Below are positions 19,681 to 31,500 of a DNA stretch of 64,000 bases, piece after piece. Source of the DNA: an uncultured Verrucomicrobiae bacterium (GTDB taxonomy: Bacteria; Verrucomicrobiota; Verrucomicrobiia; Limisphaerales; Palsa-1400); the NCBI GenBank assembly GCA_963707025.1, contig CAVPOM010000017.1, forward strand, positions 164,082-228,081, given 5' to 3'. A model generated the notes under the pieces. That model saw only the letters and a list, made by a program, of their open reading frames with translations, was not told the DNA's origin and made no database searches. How positions within the stretch are numbered: position 1 is the first letter of the stretch; the number at the start of each line of letters is the position of its first letter. The translations under genes were made by a program, and so were the position numbers.

Positions 19681-19808
19681 TAGACATTTCATTAGCACAT
19701 CTAAACACCTGTTTCAACAGAAATCTGTAAATATAAAAATCTGTAATGGTCCAAAGTGTTCGCCGATCCAGAATCGAAGGTGTAAAAGTTTTGGTTCGGC
19801 CTTGCTTC

Positions 19809-19945
19809 CAGGGCGGTTTAAGAAATTGTGCAGCCCTAAACGAGGGTGGTAGGGCGCGCACTCCGTGCGCGCCGCGGCGGGTCCCGATAATTCGGGACCC
19901 GCCCTTGCCGTGCAATGCGGCTGCAGTATTTGTGAAACGGCTCCA
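19809..19945. mobile_element. MITE-like element copy 2
   Basis: Direct-orientation copy of 8867-9004 with the same TIR-like ends and REP hairpin. Confidence 0.65.
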
Positions 19946-19998
19946 GCCGGAAGCGGATGCGGTCAATGGGTGCCCCTCCAGCCATACGGTTCATCAAC

Positions 19999-22002
19999 TC
20001 ATTGCCGCTCGGCGATGGACTGGAGAATTCCCCCCACGACTTCGCCCTTGGGCTTGGCGCCCTGGTTGCCTTTGCCGTGGACGCGCACGCTCACCTGGCC
20101 GGCCTCCAGGTCGCGCTGGCCGATCACCAGCATGGTGTGGACTTTGGCCTCCTCGGCCCGCTGGATCTTGCCGTTGATTTTGTCGGTGCCGAAATCGCCC
20201 TCCGCCCGGACTTGCTTGGCGCGCAGTTCGGCGATGATGGACTTGGCATAGGTGACGAGCTTTTCGTCGTCGCCGATGGTCAGGACGCGGACCTGCTCGG
20301 GGGCGAGCCACAAGGGGAAATTGCCGGCGTAATGCTCGATGAGGAATCCGATGAAACGCTCGTGCGTGCCCAGCGGGGCGCGATGGATGCAGAGCGGCGT
20401 CTTGTCGGTGTTGTCCTTGTCGCGGTAGGTGAGGCCGAATCTGGCGGGGACGGCGAAATCCACCTGGTTGGTGGCGAGGGTGAATTCGCGGCCAATGACG
20501 CTCCAGACCTGCACGTCAATTTTCGGCCCGTAAAAGGCGGCTTCGTTGGGCACCTCGACGTACGGGATGCCGCTGTTTTTAAGCACGTCGCGCACCATGT
20601 TCTCGGTCTGAATCCAGAGGGCCGGTTCGTTGACGAATTTCTGGCCGAGCTTGGCCGGGTCGTGCGTGCTGAAGCGCATGACGTGTTTCTCGATGCCGAA
20701 AATCTTGAAATACTTGAGATACAATTCGTTGACGGCGTTGAACTCCTGCGCGAATTGTTCCGGGGTGCAGTAAATGTGGGCGTCGTTCATGTTCAACATG
20801 CGCACGCGCATCAGGCCGAACAACTCGCCCGATTGTTCGTAGCGATAGTTCGTGCCATATTCCGCCAGGCGCAACGGCAGATCCCGGTAACTCCGCGGCT
20901 CCGCCGCAAAAATGCGGTGGTGGTGCGGGCAGTTCATGGCTTTGAGGTAATAGACTTCGCCTGTTGCCAACTGTGCTTCCAATCTGAGCCGTTCTGTATT
21001 CTCCTTGTTAATGGCGCGACCACGGTCACTAAGAAAGGCTTCGGATTGTTCACGATTTTCAATTTGCGTCATGTCCTCCCAGAATTTGTTTTCGTTCACA
21101 CGAATCGCCTGAATCCGAGATTGGACATTCGCTTCGTTTTCAATTGGAAGTCTTATCGCAGGAAACATCGAATCTTTGTAAAGAATCGGCAGATGTCCGC
21201 TCGTGAGATACATTTTTTCTTTCGCAATGTGCGGCGTTTTCACGCGCACGTAGCCGGCGGCGAATTCGGTTTCCTTGGCGAGCTTTTCCAACTCCTCCAA
21301 AATGGCGGTGCCTTTGGGAAGCCAGAGCGGGAGGCCGGGGCCGACGTATTCGGCGTCCATGGCGAAGAGGCCCATTTCCTGGCCAATCCTGCGGTGGTCG
21401 CGGCGCTTGGCTTCCTCCACCATCGCGAAATAGGCCTCCATCTCGGTCTTGTTTTTGAAGGCGGTGCCGTAGATGCGCTGGAGCTGCGGATTTTTTTCGT
21501 CGCCTTTGTAGTAGGCGCTGGCGACGGTGGTGAGCTTGAACGCGCCGATGTTGCCGGTGCGCATGACATGCGGCCCGGCGCACAGGTCCAGAAAATCGCC
21601 GTTTTTGAAATAGGTGATCTGTTCGCCTTCGGGAATGTCCGCCAGGTTGCCGATTTTGAATTTGCTCGGCTGGCCGGGGCGCTCGGCCAGGGCCCCGAGC
21701 CGTCCGCTTTCCGCGTCGCGCAGGGCCTGTTCGCGGGTGACGGTCATCTTCTCGAAAGTGTGGTTGGCCTTGATTTCCTGTTTCATCCCAGCCTCGATTT
21801 TCGGGAAATCCTCCGGCGTGATGCGGTGCGGCAGTTCGACATCATAATAGAAACCGTTTTCGACGGGCGGGCCGGCGGCGAATTGGGCTTCGGGCCAGAG
21901 GCGGAGGATGGCGGTGGCCATGACATGGGCGCAGGAATGGCGGAGGCGTTCCAAGTCGGTCATCTGCTGGCGGTCGTCGGGCGATTTGTGTTCGTTATCC
22001 AT
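19999..22002 (-). CDS. thrS: threonine--tRNA ligase (no N1/TGS domain; internal low-GC insert)
   Basis: LRHSCAHVMA, DLCAGPH, RDHRRIG, YYLKAMNCPHH, YRYEQSGELFGL.RVR, AAFYGPKID, IHRAPLGTHERF. Confidence 0.96.
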   Translation of the reverse strand: MDNEHKSPDDRQQMTDLERLRHSCAHVMATAILRLWPEAQFAAGPPVENGFYYDVELPHRITPEDFPKIEAGMKQEIKANHTFEKMTVTREQALRDAESGRLGALAERPGQPSKFKIGNLADIPEGEQITYFKNGDFLDLCAGPHVMRTGNIGAFKLTTVASAYYKGDEKNPQLQRIYGTAFKNKTEMEAYFAMVEEAKRRDHRRIGQEMGLFAMDAEYVGPGLPLWLPKGTAILEELEKLAKETEFAAGYVRVKTPHIAKEKMYLTSGHLPILYKDSMFPAIRLPIENEANVQSRIQAIRVNENKFWEDMTQIENREQSEAFLSDRGRAINKENTERLRLEAQLATGEVYYLKAMNCPHHHRIFAAEPRSYRDLPLRLAEYGTNYRYEQSGELFGLMRVRMLNMNDAHIYCTPEQFAQEFNAVNELYLKYFKIFGIEKHVMRFSTHDPAKLGQKFVNEPALWIQTENMVRDVLKNSGIPYVEVPNEAAFYGPKIDVQVWSVIGREFTLATNQVDFAVPARFGLTYRDKDNTDKTPLCIHRAPLGTHERFIGFLIEHYAGNFPLWLAPEQVRVLTIGDDEKLVTYAKSIIAELRAKQVRAEGDFGTDKINGKIQRAEEAKVHTMLVIGQRDLEAGQVSVRVHGKGNQGAKPKGEVVGGILQSIAERQ

Positions 22003-22053
22003 AAATAAATTCTAGCGGCGAATTTCTGCTACGGTCGCAAGATAGACCCAAGC

Positions 22054-22163
22054 GGAGTGCGCCCGTCCTCGGGCGCAGAAAGCTCGGCCTATGCTAACGC
22101 GACAAAGTTTTCCACGGCTCATTTGCACTTTCACGTTGCTGCGCCCGGGGACGGGCGCACTCC
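22054..22163. repeat. inverted REP doublet (REPIN-like)
   Basis: GGAGTGCGCCCGTCCTCGGGCGCAG (22054-22078) and its reverse complement with one mismatch (22139-22163). Confidence 0.75.
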
Positions 22164-22202
22164 AATTCGCGAAATTCGCGGATTGAACCCTTTTCTGATA
22201 AC

Positions 22203-22772
22203 TCAATGCGCTCCCAAATTCAAGTCCTTGGTCTGCCCGTTCCATTCCACGGTCACTTTGTTTTGAGTGATGGCGAGGATGCGGACATCGCCGATTTGTT
22301 CGTTTTGAGCGCGGATTTGTCCATTGATGGCCGCTCTCGGATTGTTGGGGTTGTAGAAAATGCCCTGCAGTTTCAACTCGGGAAACGGCAGACCCTCCTT
22401 CGCTGAAGCTACGGCGGGCAGCGGCGCAGGCGCTGGAACCGGAACGCGTTCAACTTGGGCGGCCGCGGGCACAGGCGCCGGAGCCGGGACGGCAGCGGGT
22501 TCAACCTTGGGCAGCGGTCGCATCACCACTACCGGCGGGAGCTCCTTCACTGAAGCGACGAAGGGTTGGGGATTGGCGCGATGCGGAAAGGAACGCCAAA
22601 CCAACCAGCCTGCCAAGGCCAACAAAATAAATATGCAAACGCCCCCCAGCGCCGGGACAAGGGAACGGCGGGATTCAGGGGCCGGCTGCATGGCGGCGTG
22701 CGGGCCGGGCTTGCGCGGGCGGTTTTTTTCCGATTGGCTGGCGCGCTTGAGTGCGTCGTTGATCAGGCTCAT
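22203..22772 (-). CDS. GspB/ExeB-like protein
   Basis: MSLINDALKRA N-terminus, one TM, Pro-rich linker, LKLQGIFY...AAING C-domain; overlaps the exeA-like gene. Confidence 0.7.
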   Translation of the reverse strand: MSLINDALKRASQSEKNRPRKPGPHAAMQPAPESRRSLVPALGGVCIFILLALAGWLVWRSFPHRANPQPFVASVKELPPVVVMRPLPKVEPAAVPAPAPVPAAAQVERVPVPAPAPLPAVASAKEGLPFPELKLQGIFYNPNNPRAAINGQIRAQNEQIGDVRILAITQNKVTVEWNGQTKDLNLGAH

Positions 22773-23584
22773 ACCTTGATGCGCCCTTCCAATTCGCGGA
22801 CAGCCGTGCCGACCATGCGGAAATCAATTTTGTCGCGCTGCTGGACGAAGCCGGCCAGCAGGCATTTGTCGCAGACGGTGTTGATGAGGCGGGGGATGCA
22901 GGCGCTGTAGCGGTAAATGCGCCAGACGGCCGGGCCGGTGAACCGGGGCGCGCCGTTGGCCCCGGAAACTTGCAGGCGGTGCTGGATGTAGCGGCTGATC
23001 TCGCCGTGGCGCAGGGGATGGAGATGGTAGCGGACGCTGATGCGCTGGCGCAACTGGCGCAGGCCGTGCTCGTTGAGGCGGTCGCGCAATTCGGGCTGGC
23101 CCATCAGGACGATTTGCAGGAGCTTGCGCTCGTCGGTTTCAAGGTTGGAAAGGAGGCGGACCTGTTCGAGCAGTTCGCGGGTGAGGGCCTGGGCTTCGTC
23201 AATAATAAGGACGGTGTCCTTGCCGCGCTCAACCTGCTGGAGGAGGAAGCGGTTGATCGCAGCCAGGGTTTCCAGGCGGTCCATGCCCTGGACCGCCAAA
23301 CCCAGTTCCATGGCGATGGCCTTGATGAGCTGGTCGGCGTCGAGCACGGGATTCAGAATGAGGGCGGTGGAGAACTGCGGGCCGAGTTGCTCGAGCAGGG
23401 CGCGGCACAGGGTGGTTTTGCCCGAGCCGACTTCGCCGGTCAACTGGACAAAGCCCTTGCGCTCGCGGATGCCGTACAGCAAATGGTTGAAGGCTTCGCG
23501 ATGCTTGCCGCTGAAAAAGAGGAACCGCGGATTCGGCGTAATGGTAAACGGCGGCTCCTTCAGACCGTAATAGTCCAGGTACAC
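22769..23584 (-). CDS. ExeA/GspA family AAA ATPase
   Basis: MYLDYYGLKEPPFTITPNPRF, GEVGSGKT, IIDEAQ, LMGQPEL, QLRQRI. Confidence 0.9.
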   Translation of the reverse strand: MYLDYYGLKEPPFTITPNPRFLFFSGKHREAFNHLLYGIRERKGFVQLTGEVGSGKTTLCRALLEQLGPQFSTALILNPVLDADQLIKAIAMELGLAVQGMDRLETLAAINRFLLQQVERGKDTVLIIDEAQALTRELLEQVRLLSNLETDERKLLQIVLMGQPELRDRLNEHGLRQLRQRISVRYHLHPLRHGEISRYIQHRLQVSGANGAPRFTGPAVWRIYRYSACIPRLINTVCDKCLLAGFVQQRDKIDFRMVGTAVRELEGRIKV

Positions 23585-23650
23585 GGCCTTTACCTAGCCT
23601 AAATCGGGCGGCAAGTGAAGAAAAATGCGAGCAGGGCGGGGGGGGGCTCC

Positions 23651-23736
23651 TCTTAATCTTAATCGTAATCTTAATCTTAATCTCCCCTCGTTTGGGCGAA
23701 AAGATTGAGATTAAGATTAAGATTACGATTAAGATT
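23651..23736. repeat. inverted hexamer arrays (TAATCT)n/(AGATTA)n, copy 1
   Basis: Visible directly; lies between divergent genes. Confidence 0.85.
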
Positions 23737-23787
23737 TGGAGGAACACCACTCTGGACGTTCCTTCCGCCCTCCGTTACCCTGTGCCC

Positions 23788-24610
23788 GTGAATTTGGAAG
23801 ACCATCTGGGCGACATCCTGAGCAAGGGCTGCGCCGCCTCCGGTGTGGACGCATCCGCCGCCGCGCGAGCGGCCGGTTTGACTCTGCCCGAGTGGAATGC
23901 TTTGGCACAAACCGGCCTGGCGCCCAAGCCCCTCAATTTTGCCGCGCTCGGCCGCGCCCTCGGCCTGGATGCCGGCAAGCTGCAAGGCATCGCCCAAGGC
24001 TGGAAACCGGCCCCGGCCGATCTGTCCTTGTGGCGCGAGTTGCGCCAGATCACCACCACCGCCGGCGGCACCACCGTCAACTGCTATCTCGCCTGGGACG
24101 AAGTTCTCGCGCGAAGCCGCGCTGTTTGACACCGGTTGGGAGGCCGCTCCCGTCCTGCAATTGCTGCAGGACAACCATCTGGATTTGCGCCATCTTTTCC
24201 TCACCCATCTGCACGAAGACCACGTTGCCGCGATGGGGGAGATCCGGGAAAAGTTTCCCAAACTCCATCTCCACACCAATTCCCAAACCGCGCCGGTCCA
24301 GCAGCGCAACCGCCCCAACGATTTTCTCCACCTCGGCAGCCTGCGCATCACCCATCGCGACACCCCCGGCCACGCCGTGGAAGGTGTCACCTATATTATT
24401 GGCAACTGGCCCGACGACGCGCCCCATGCCGCCGCGGTGGGCGACACCATTTTTGCCGGTTCCATGGGCCGGGGCTACCAATCCTGGGACCTGGCCCGGC
24501 AAAAAGTGCGCGAGCAAATTTTGTCCCTGCCCGGCGCGACCCTGATCTGCCCCGGCCACGGCCCCCTGACCACCGTTGCCCAGGAAAAGGCCAACAACCC
24601 GTTCTTCTGA
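23788..24610 (+). CDS. MBL-fold metallo-hydrolase (glyoxalase II-like) with N-terminal extension; frameshift near 24105
   Basis: NLEDHLGDILSK... VNCYLAWD | EAALFDTG, THLHEDH, TPGH, VGDTIFAGS, CPGHGP.TT...EKANNPF. Confidence 0.8.
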
Positions 24611-25334
24611 TCCACCCGGAAGGGACCCAAGCCGTTCCTTCAGGCGCGCAAACCATTCCCACCGAAGAAACGGAGAGCAAGGCAGGCGAGTTCTGCGCCC
24701 GGAAACCCGCCTCGCCACCTTGGGCAGGGCGAAGAATCGGGCTGCTCAACGCGCTGGCGCGAAGCGGAAAGGGGGACGAAGAATTCGTGAGGGAGCGGCA
24801 GTTCACGCAAGGCGTGGAGACGGCTGCCAGGGGCAAAAGCGCCGGCCATGTGAACAAACTGTCAGCAACTTCCAGCAACTCAAGCTCGCAAAAAAACGAC
24901 CAGGCCGGAAAATCGGGACCAAAGGCGAACTATCATGTTTATGGCCCTATCTGTCCATCAGACGGCCCACCCGACCGCCGCAGCCAGCCCGCAGCAGAGC
25001 AGCGAAGCGACGGGCGAACCAGCACGTCACACAAGGTCCGACGCGCGGCCAAGAGGCGCGCTTGGACAAGCCTTGCAAAACCCCGGAGGGGCAACGGGAA
25101 AAAAGCAACCCGTTCATCTTCTTTGTGCGGATTGTTCACCTTCCATTGATCAATTAGCATTTGCCCTCATCCCAAACACGGATTGTCCAACCCCTGCCAC
25201 CCAACGCGGCGGCGTTACAAACGAGTCACCATAAGCATTGACAATTGAAGCCAGAACCGCTATTAGTGGCGGTATCGTTTCGCCCACCTACCATTTGTTG
25301 GGTGAATTTGGTTTGCCATTACTCAGACGACGAT

Positions 25335-27901
25335 ATGATACACGAGGCCGGCCAGCTCAAAATGATCGGGATTGATCCTGTCGAGGAAACACGCTTCCTG
25401 GTGTGCAAACGCGACGGGTCCCGCGAGGATTTCAATGAGGCGCGCATTTTCATGGCCATCGAATGCGCCTTCAAAGCAGTCCATGGTGTTGGCCCCGATG
25501 AGCCGCTGCCGGAGGAGTTGCTGGCGGCCGTAGCGAAAACGGCGGAGGCTGTGGCGGAACGGGTGCTGAGCGGGGCCATCAAAGGCCAACCGCTGGAGGT
25601 GGAACGCATCCAGGATGTGGCGGAGGAACAATTGATGCGGGACGGACATTGGAAAGTAGCGCGAAGTTATATTCTTTATCGCGAGGAGCGGCGGCGAGCG
25701 CGGGTGGAACGGGAAAAATCCGCCCCGCCAGTCCCGCCCCCCGCAAAGCCCCCGATTTGCGCACCGGAGCCGACGCCGCCGGCCACGGCACCCTCCCGCT
25801 TGCTGACTTGGGCGGCGGCGGCCTGCCGCGGATTGGAGGAGTGGTGCTCGATAGAAGATTTGGCAGAGGAGGCTTCGCGGCGGGCGCGGAGGGGCGTCGA
25901 GGATCTGGAAAAAGCGATGGAACTGGCGGCGGACTCGCGCCTGGGGGCGGACCCAGCCTATGACACGGTGGCGGCCCGCGTGCGGTTAAGCAGGATTTAC
26001 CGGCAGGCCCTGCCCCAATTGAAGGAGGGCGGGGAGGTGGAGCCGGTCTGCCGCCGGAGTTTCAGCGATTACATCCAGGAAGCGATTCGTAAAGGGCTGC
26101 TGGCGCCGGAGATGGCTGGTTTTGATCTGGAATCCCTGGCCAAGGGATTGCAACTGAAACGCGACGGGCAATTCAGCGCAACGGGCCTGGAGGTGTTGTC
26201 CGCCGACTATCTGTTGCGGGACAAAGGCCGGTGCCTGGAAACTCCCCAGTACTTTTGGATGCGCCTGGCCATGGGGCTGGCGTTGCGGGAAGGAGCGCAG
26301 GCGGGGGAACGCGCGCTGGAGTTTTATGAGGCGCTCTCCTCGTTTGCTTTTGTGCCTTCCGCGCCGCTGCTCTTCAACGCGGGCACGCCGCAACCTCACT
26401 TGGCAGCCTGTTTTACGGCCACGGCATGGAATGATCTGGAACACATCACCGCGCATCCGGGCGGCCGGATGAGCGAACGAATCCGCACCGGCCTCACCTG
26501 CTCCTGGCTGGAGCCGTGGCATATCGGCATGCCCGATTTTCTGGCGCATCCGCGGCCCGGCGAGGAGCCGTGGAACCAGGATCTGAACAAGGGCGGCTGG
26601 ATTCCCGACCTGTTCATGCGGCGCGTCCGGGAAGGAGGCGGCTGGACGCTGTTCGACCCGCTGGAGGTGCCCGATTTGCACCGGCTTTTTGGCGCCGCCT
26701 TCGAGGCGCGTTTCCTCCGATATGAAGCCAAGGCGGCCCGCGGCGAAATGAAGGAATTTCGGCAAGTCCCCGCGCTGGAACTGTGGGGCCAAATGCTGGC
26801 CTGTCTGGCCGGGACCGGGCAGCCATGGGTGGCCTTCAAGGACACCGCCAATGTCCGCTCGCTCCAGGATTCCGTCGGAGCGGTGCGCAGCGCCCAACTG
26901 GACGCCGGCACCCTGCTCCACACCCCGGCCGCCTGCAGCCTGGGCGCGATCAACCTGGCGGCGCATGTGGGTGAACTGGGCCTGGACGCGGCGCGGCTGG
27001 GCCGGACGGTTGGGACGGCGATGCGTATGCTTGACAATGCCCTGGACCTCAGCGCCTGGCCCACGCCCGCCCTCCGGGCGGCCAGCCAGGAACAGCGCGC
27101 CGCCGGGCTGGGGATCACCGGTTTTCAGGAGGCGCTTTATCAATTGCGCCTGGGCTACGGCAGCGCCGCCGGGGCGGAATTTGCCGACCGCAGCATGGAA
27201 TTGATTTCGCATGGGGCGATCCTGGCCTCCACGGCGCTGGCGCAGGAGCGCGGCCCGTTCCCGGCTTATGCCGGGTCAAGATGGAGCACCGGCCTGCTGC
27301 CCGCCGATGCGCTGGAGTTGCTGGAAAAGCAGCGCGGGGCCGGCTGACGCTGGACCGGTCGGGCTGCCTGGATTGGACCTTGGTGCGCGAGAGCATCAAA
27401 CGTCACGGCATGCGCAACGGCGCCGTCACCGCCATCGGGCCGGCGCTGGAAGGCTCCTGGATTGCCGGGGTGACGCCCTCCATCGAGCCGGCGGGGAGGG
27501 CCGTGTTCGGCGAGGGGGCGGGCGGCAGCCGCGGGGCGTGGAACCTGCATCTGGTGGAGGATTTGCGGCGGCTGCATTTGTGGGACGCTGCCATGCGGGA
27601 GGAGTTGCGCCAGAACGAGCACTCCATCCAGCAGATCAAACGGATTCCAGATTCCTTGCGGGAAATTTACCGGACGGCTTTTGAAATCGAGCCGCACTGG
27701 CTGATTGAATGCGCCGCGCGCCGCCAAAAATGGATTGACCAGGGCCAGACCCTGAACCTCTATGCGCCGGATGCGCGCTGGGAAGCCATCTCGGAAATTT
27801 ACATGCTGGCTTGGGAGATGGGATTGAAAACGACCAACCGGCTCCGCGTCCCCAGCCGGCTCCGCGCCAGAAACCGCCGGGAAAAAGCGCGCCGGCGATA
27901 A
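25335..27901 (+). CDS. ATP-cone + ribonucleotide reductase alpha-like protein, apparently catalytically degenerate; frameshift near 27340
   Basis: VCKRDGS ATP cone, ETPQYFWMRLAMG, P.LFNAGT, WIPDLFMRRV, TGQPW..FKD, AARRQKWIDQGQ.LNLY; NLCxE and YY motifs missing. Confidence 0.75.
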
Positions 27902-27983
27902 CCGTCACGGTATCCGCAACAGCGCCGCCGCCGACAGAGGCCTGGCACTGAAGGGTTCAGGGATGGCGGGCGCGCCGCCCGCC

Positions 27984-28403
<420 letters not shown>

Positions 28404-28589
28404 CGGACTCTTTATGCCATGGCCGGCGGCCCCGGCGCAACCGCGGTGTTGGCGCGGCGGGGCCGCCAGGCTGCGGCTGCAGCTTGATTGCGCTGGCAGG
28501 GTGTGTTAGGTTCCACGATGCAGTTTGAGAGGAAAGGATGCAGCGGGTTTTTGCGCCTTTGTGTCCGGGGTTGATGTTGTCTGCGCTCC

Positions 28590-31500
28590 ATGAATCGTTC
28601 CGCAATTTCAGGTTGCCTCCGGCGGTGGCCCCGGCTGGCCCGCCGTGCGCCGGGATGGCTCGCCTTCTTTTGGGCGTGTGCCGCGCCGGCGGCGGCCCAG
28701 ACGGTCTTTTTGGATTTTAACACGGCGGGACAATACACCGGCAATTTTAATCCGTGGAACGACAACGGCGGCGTCAATGGCGGCAATTATTCCTTCCAGG
28801 AAAACACCACCGACGGCGTGGGCGGCGGCGGCGTCGCGGTGTTTCAAAGTGTTGACACCACGGCAACTTACAAGAGCGGCAGTTGGAATCTTTCCACCAA
28901 TGGAGCGACGGTCCTGGTGTCGGTGCTCATCTATGCCGACGGCCAAAGCAGCGGGGACAAAGTGCAGCTCGGCTTGATCAACTCCACCACTAACGGCCTC
29001 AACAGCAATGCGGGAGCCGCCTTCGAAACGTTCCGCTTCATTCCGGCCAGCGCGACCGGTTGGACACTCTATGAACAGCATAGAACTAATAACGTGACCA
29101 CGACCAGCGGCTCCCTCGGATCGGTCACCGTGGCCGCGGGGCGATGGTATAAATTCGTCGTCGGTGTGACCAATACTTCGGGCGCGTCGGGCAACCTGGC
29201 CGCCGGCTGCGCCCTTTTTGATTACGGAACCAACGGCCTGACGCCCGGCGCCAATGTCATCACTTTCTCCACCGCGGTCAGCCATGCCGCGAAGAACCTT
29301 GCGACCAACACGGCGGTCTGGCCGGCGCTGCGCGCCTTCGAGGACGCCGGCATCAGCGCCTGGGACAATTTCCTGGTGTTTCAGTCCAACAGCCTGCCCG
29401 TCATTACCCTGCCCTTGGCCGCCTCGTTTGTGTTTTCCGGCAGCGCCGCCACCTTCAACGCCCTGGCCGACGGTCCCGGCACGATTGCCTACGCCTGGTA
29501 CACCAATAACATTCTGGCTGCGGGCGCGTCCGGCCCGTCCTTTACGACCCTCCCGGTCGGCGCTGGATTCACCAACATCACCGTGGTTGCCAGCAATGGC
29601 AATGGCTCCGTCACCAACTCGGCTGCCGTCACCGTCGAGCCTCCGCCTGCCGCGATCAGCTTCAACGACAATGGCGCCAATTGGACCGTCAACCAATCGG
29701 GCCTTGCCTCCGCCAACATCACCGGAAACGTCTTCCACGGCACCGACGGCAACGGCGGCGAGGCGGTCACCGCCTGGTATAACAGTTTGGTTTATATCAA
29801 CGGTTTTGTCGCCGCTTTCACCTATCAGGATGTCGGCGGCTCTCCTGGCGCCAACGCGGATGGCGTTTCTTTCGACCTGCAAGAAAGCGGCCCCACCTAT
29901 CTGGGCACCGGTGGCGGCAGCCTTGCCATCAGCGGCCTCACCCCCAGCGCTGATTGGGAAATTAACCTGTACTCTCCCAATGGGATCGGCATTATCTACA
30001 ACACCGATGGCACCACCTTTGGTTATCAAAGCACGGGTGCGGTCAACGTCTCCAGCGGAGATCCCATCAACTTCACCCTCCAGTACACGCCCGGGGGAGC
30101 GGTGCAGGAAACGCTGGTGGATACCGTCACGGCACAGAGCTACACCACCAACTACAACATTGGGGATATTACGGCGCTGCTCGGCAGCAGCTTTGCCTAC
30201 GTCGGGTTCAGCTCTGCCGACGGCGGTGTCGGATCCACGCAGATCATCAGCAACTTTGCCTTCGTGAGCGGATCCAATAACTTTACGCTGGCGGTGGTGA
30301 CAAATCTGCCCGCCACGGGAATTCAGCCCACAGCGGCAACGCTCGCCGGACAGGTGCTTTCGACCGGCGGCTTCGCGCCGACCATCACCCTGTTCTACGG
30401 TCCCGCCGATGGCGGCACCAACGCCGCGAGTTGGGCCAACAGTTTTGCCTTGGGTGTGGAGTCCGGGACTTTCAGCCAGACCATCACCGGGTTGTCGCCC
30501 GACACGACCTGGTATTACACCGCCAGGGCGGTCAATTTTGCCGGCACTTCCTGGGCTTCGCCCTCCCTCAGCTTTAGCACGACCACCGCCTCGCCGCCGC
30601 AAGTGGCCAATGCCCCGGCCACGGCCCTTGGCGCCACCTTTGCGACCCTCAACGGGCAGGTCCTTTCGACCGGCGGTGTGCCGCCCGCCATTACTATTTT
30701 CTACGGGACCAATGACGGCGGCGCCAACGCCGCCGCGTGGCCGAATAATGTCTCGCTCGGTTTGCAGAGCGGCCTGTTCGCGCAAACCATCGGGTCGCTT
30801 TCGTCCAACACAACTTATTACTTCACGGCCAGGGCGGTGAATAGCGCGGCCACGGCCTGGGCAACGCCGTCACTGAATTTCACCACGCTCGCGTCCAACC
30901 CGGTTTCCATGCTCACGGCCGTCCTGACCTATCACAACGACAACACCCGCATGGGAGTCAACTCCAACGAAACGATCCTGACGCTGGCCAACGTCAACAC
31001 CAACAGTTTTGGAAGGCTGTTCTCCTGCGCTTTGGACGGTTTCGTGTACGCGCAGCCGCTCCTCGTGGCCAATGTCAACATCCCCGGCAAGGGAACGCAC
31101 AACGTGGTGTATGTCGCCACCGAACATAACAGCGTCTATGCCTTGGATGCGGATAACAACTCGGGCGCAAACGCCGTGCCGCTTTGGCAGACCAATTTTC
31201 TCGGGCCGGGCGTCACGACCGTGCCCAGCGGCGATGTCAGCACGGGCGACATCGTCCCTGAAATCGGCATTACCAGCACGCCGGTGATTGATCCGGTCAC
31301 CGGCACCATTTACCTTGAAGTCAAGACCAAGGAAGGAAGCGCCTATGTGCATCGTCTGCACGCGCTGGACATCACCACCGGATTTGAGCGAACCGGCTTC
31401 AACAGCCCGGTCGTCATCTCCTGCACAAATTATCTTGGAAACGGCGGCGGCGATAATGACGGCGGGAACCCTCCTCATGTGAGCTGGAACCCGCTGCGCG

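Noticed and set aside
20950..21185. Intein in thrS
   Set aside because: Too short and lacks Cys/Ser start and His-Asn end.
19957..22008. Long antisense ORFs (also 28608-30785, 44506-46017, 6055-7401)
   Set aside because: Shadow frames of high-GC genes with no recognisable motifs.
23651..23736. CRISPR array, or IKIKIT-type peptides from the hexamer repeats
   Set aside because: No repeat-spacer structure and no cas genes; the peptides are translation artefacts of the microsatellite.
24620..25240. ORFs or a cobalamin riboswitch upstream of the RNR-like gene
   Set aside because: No convincing protein motif or B12-box found by eye; an Rfam scan is needed.
27345..27347. TGA in the RNR-like gene as a Sec codon
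   Set aside because: Homology continues in a different frame and there is no RUGGC hairpin at +21.
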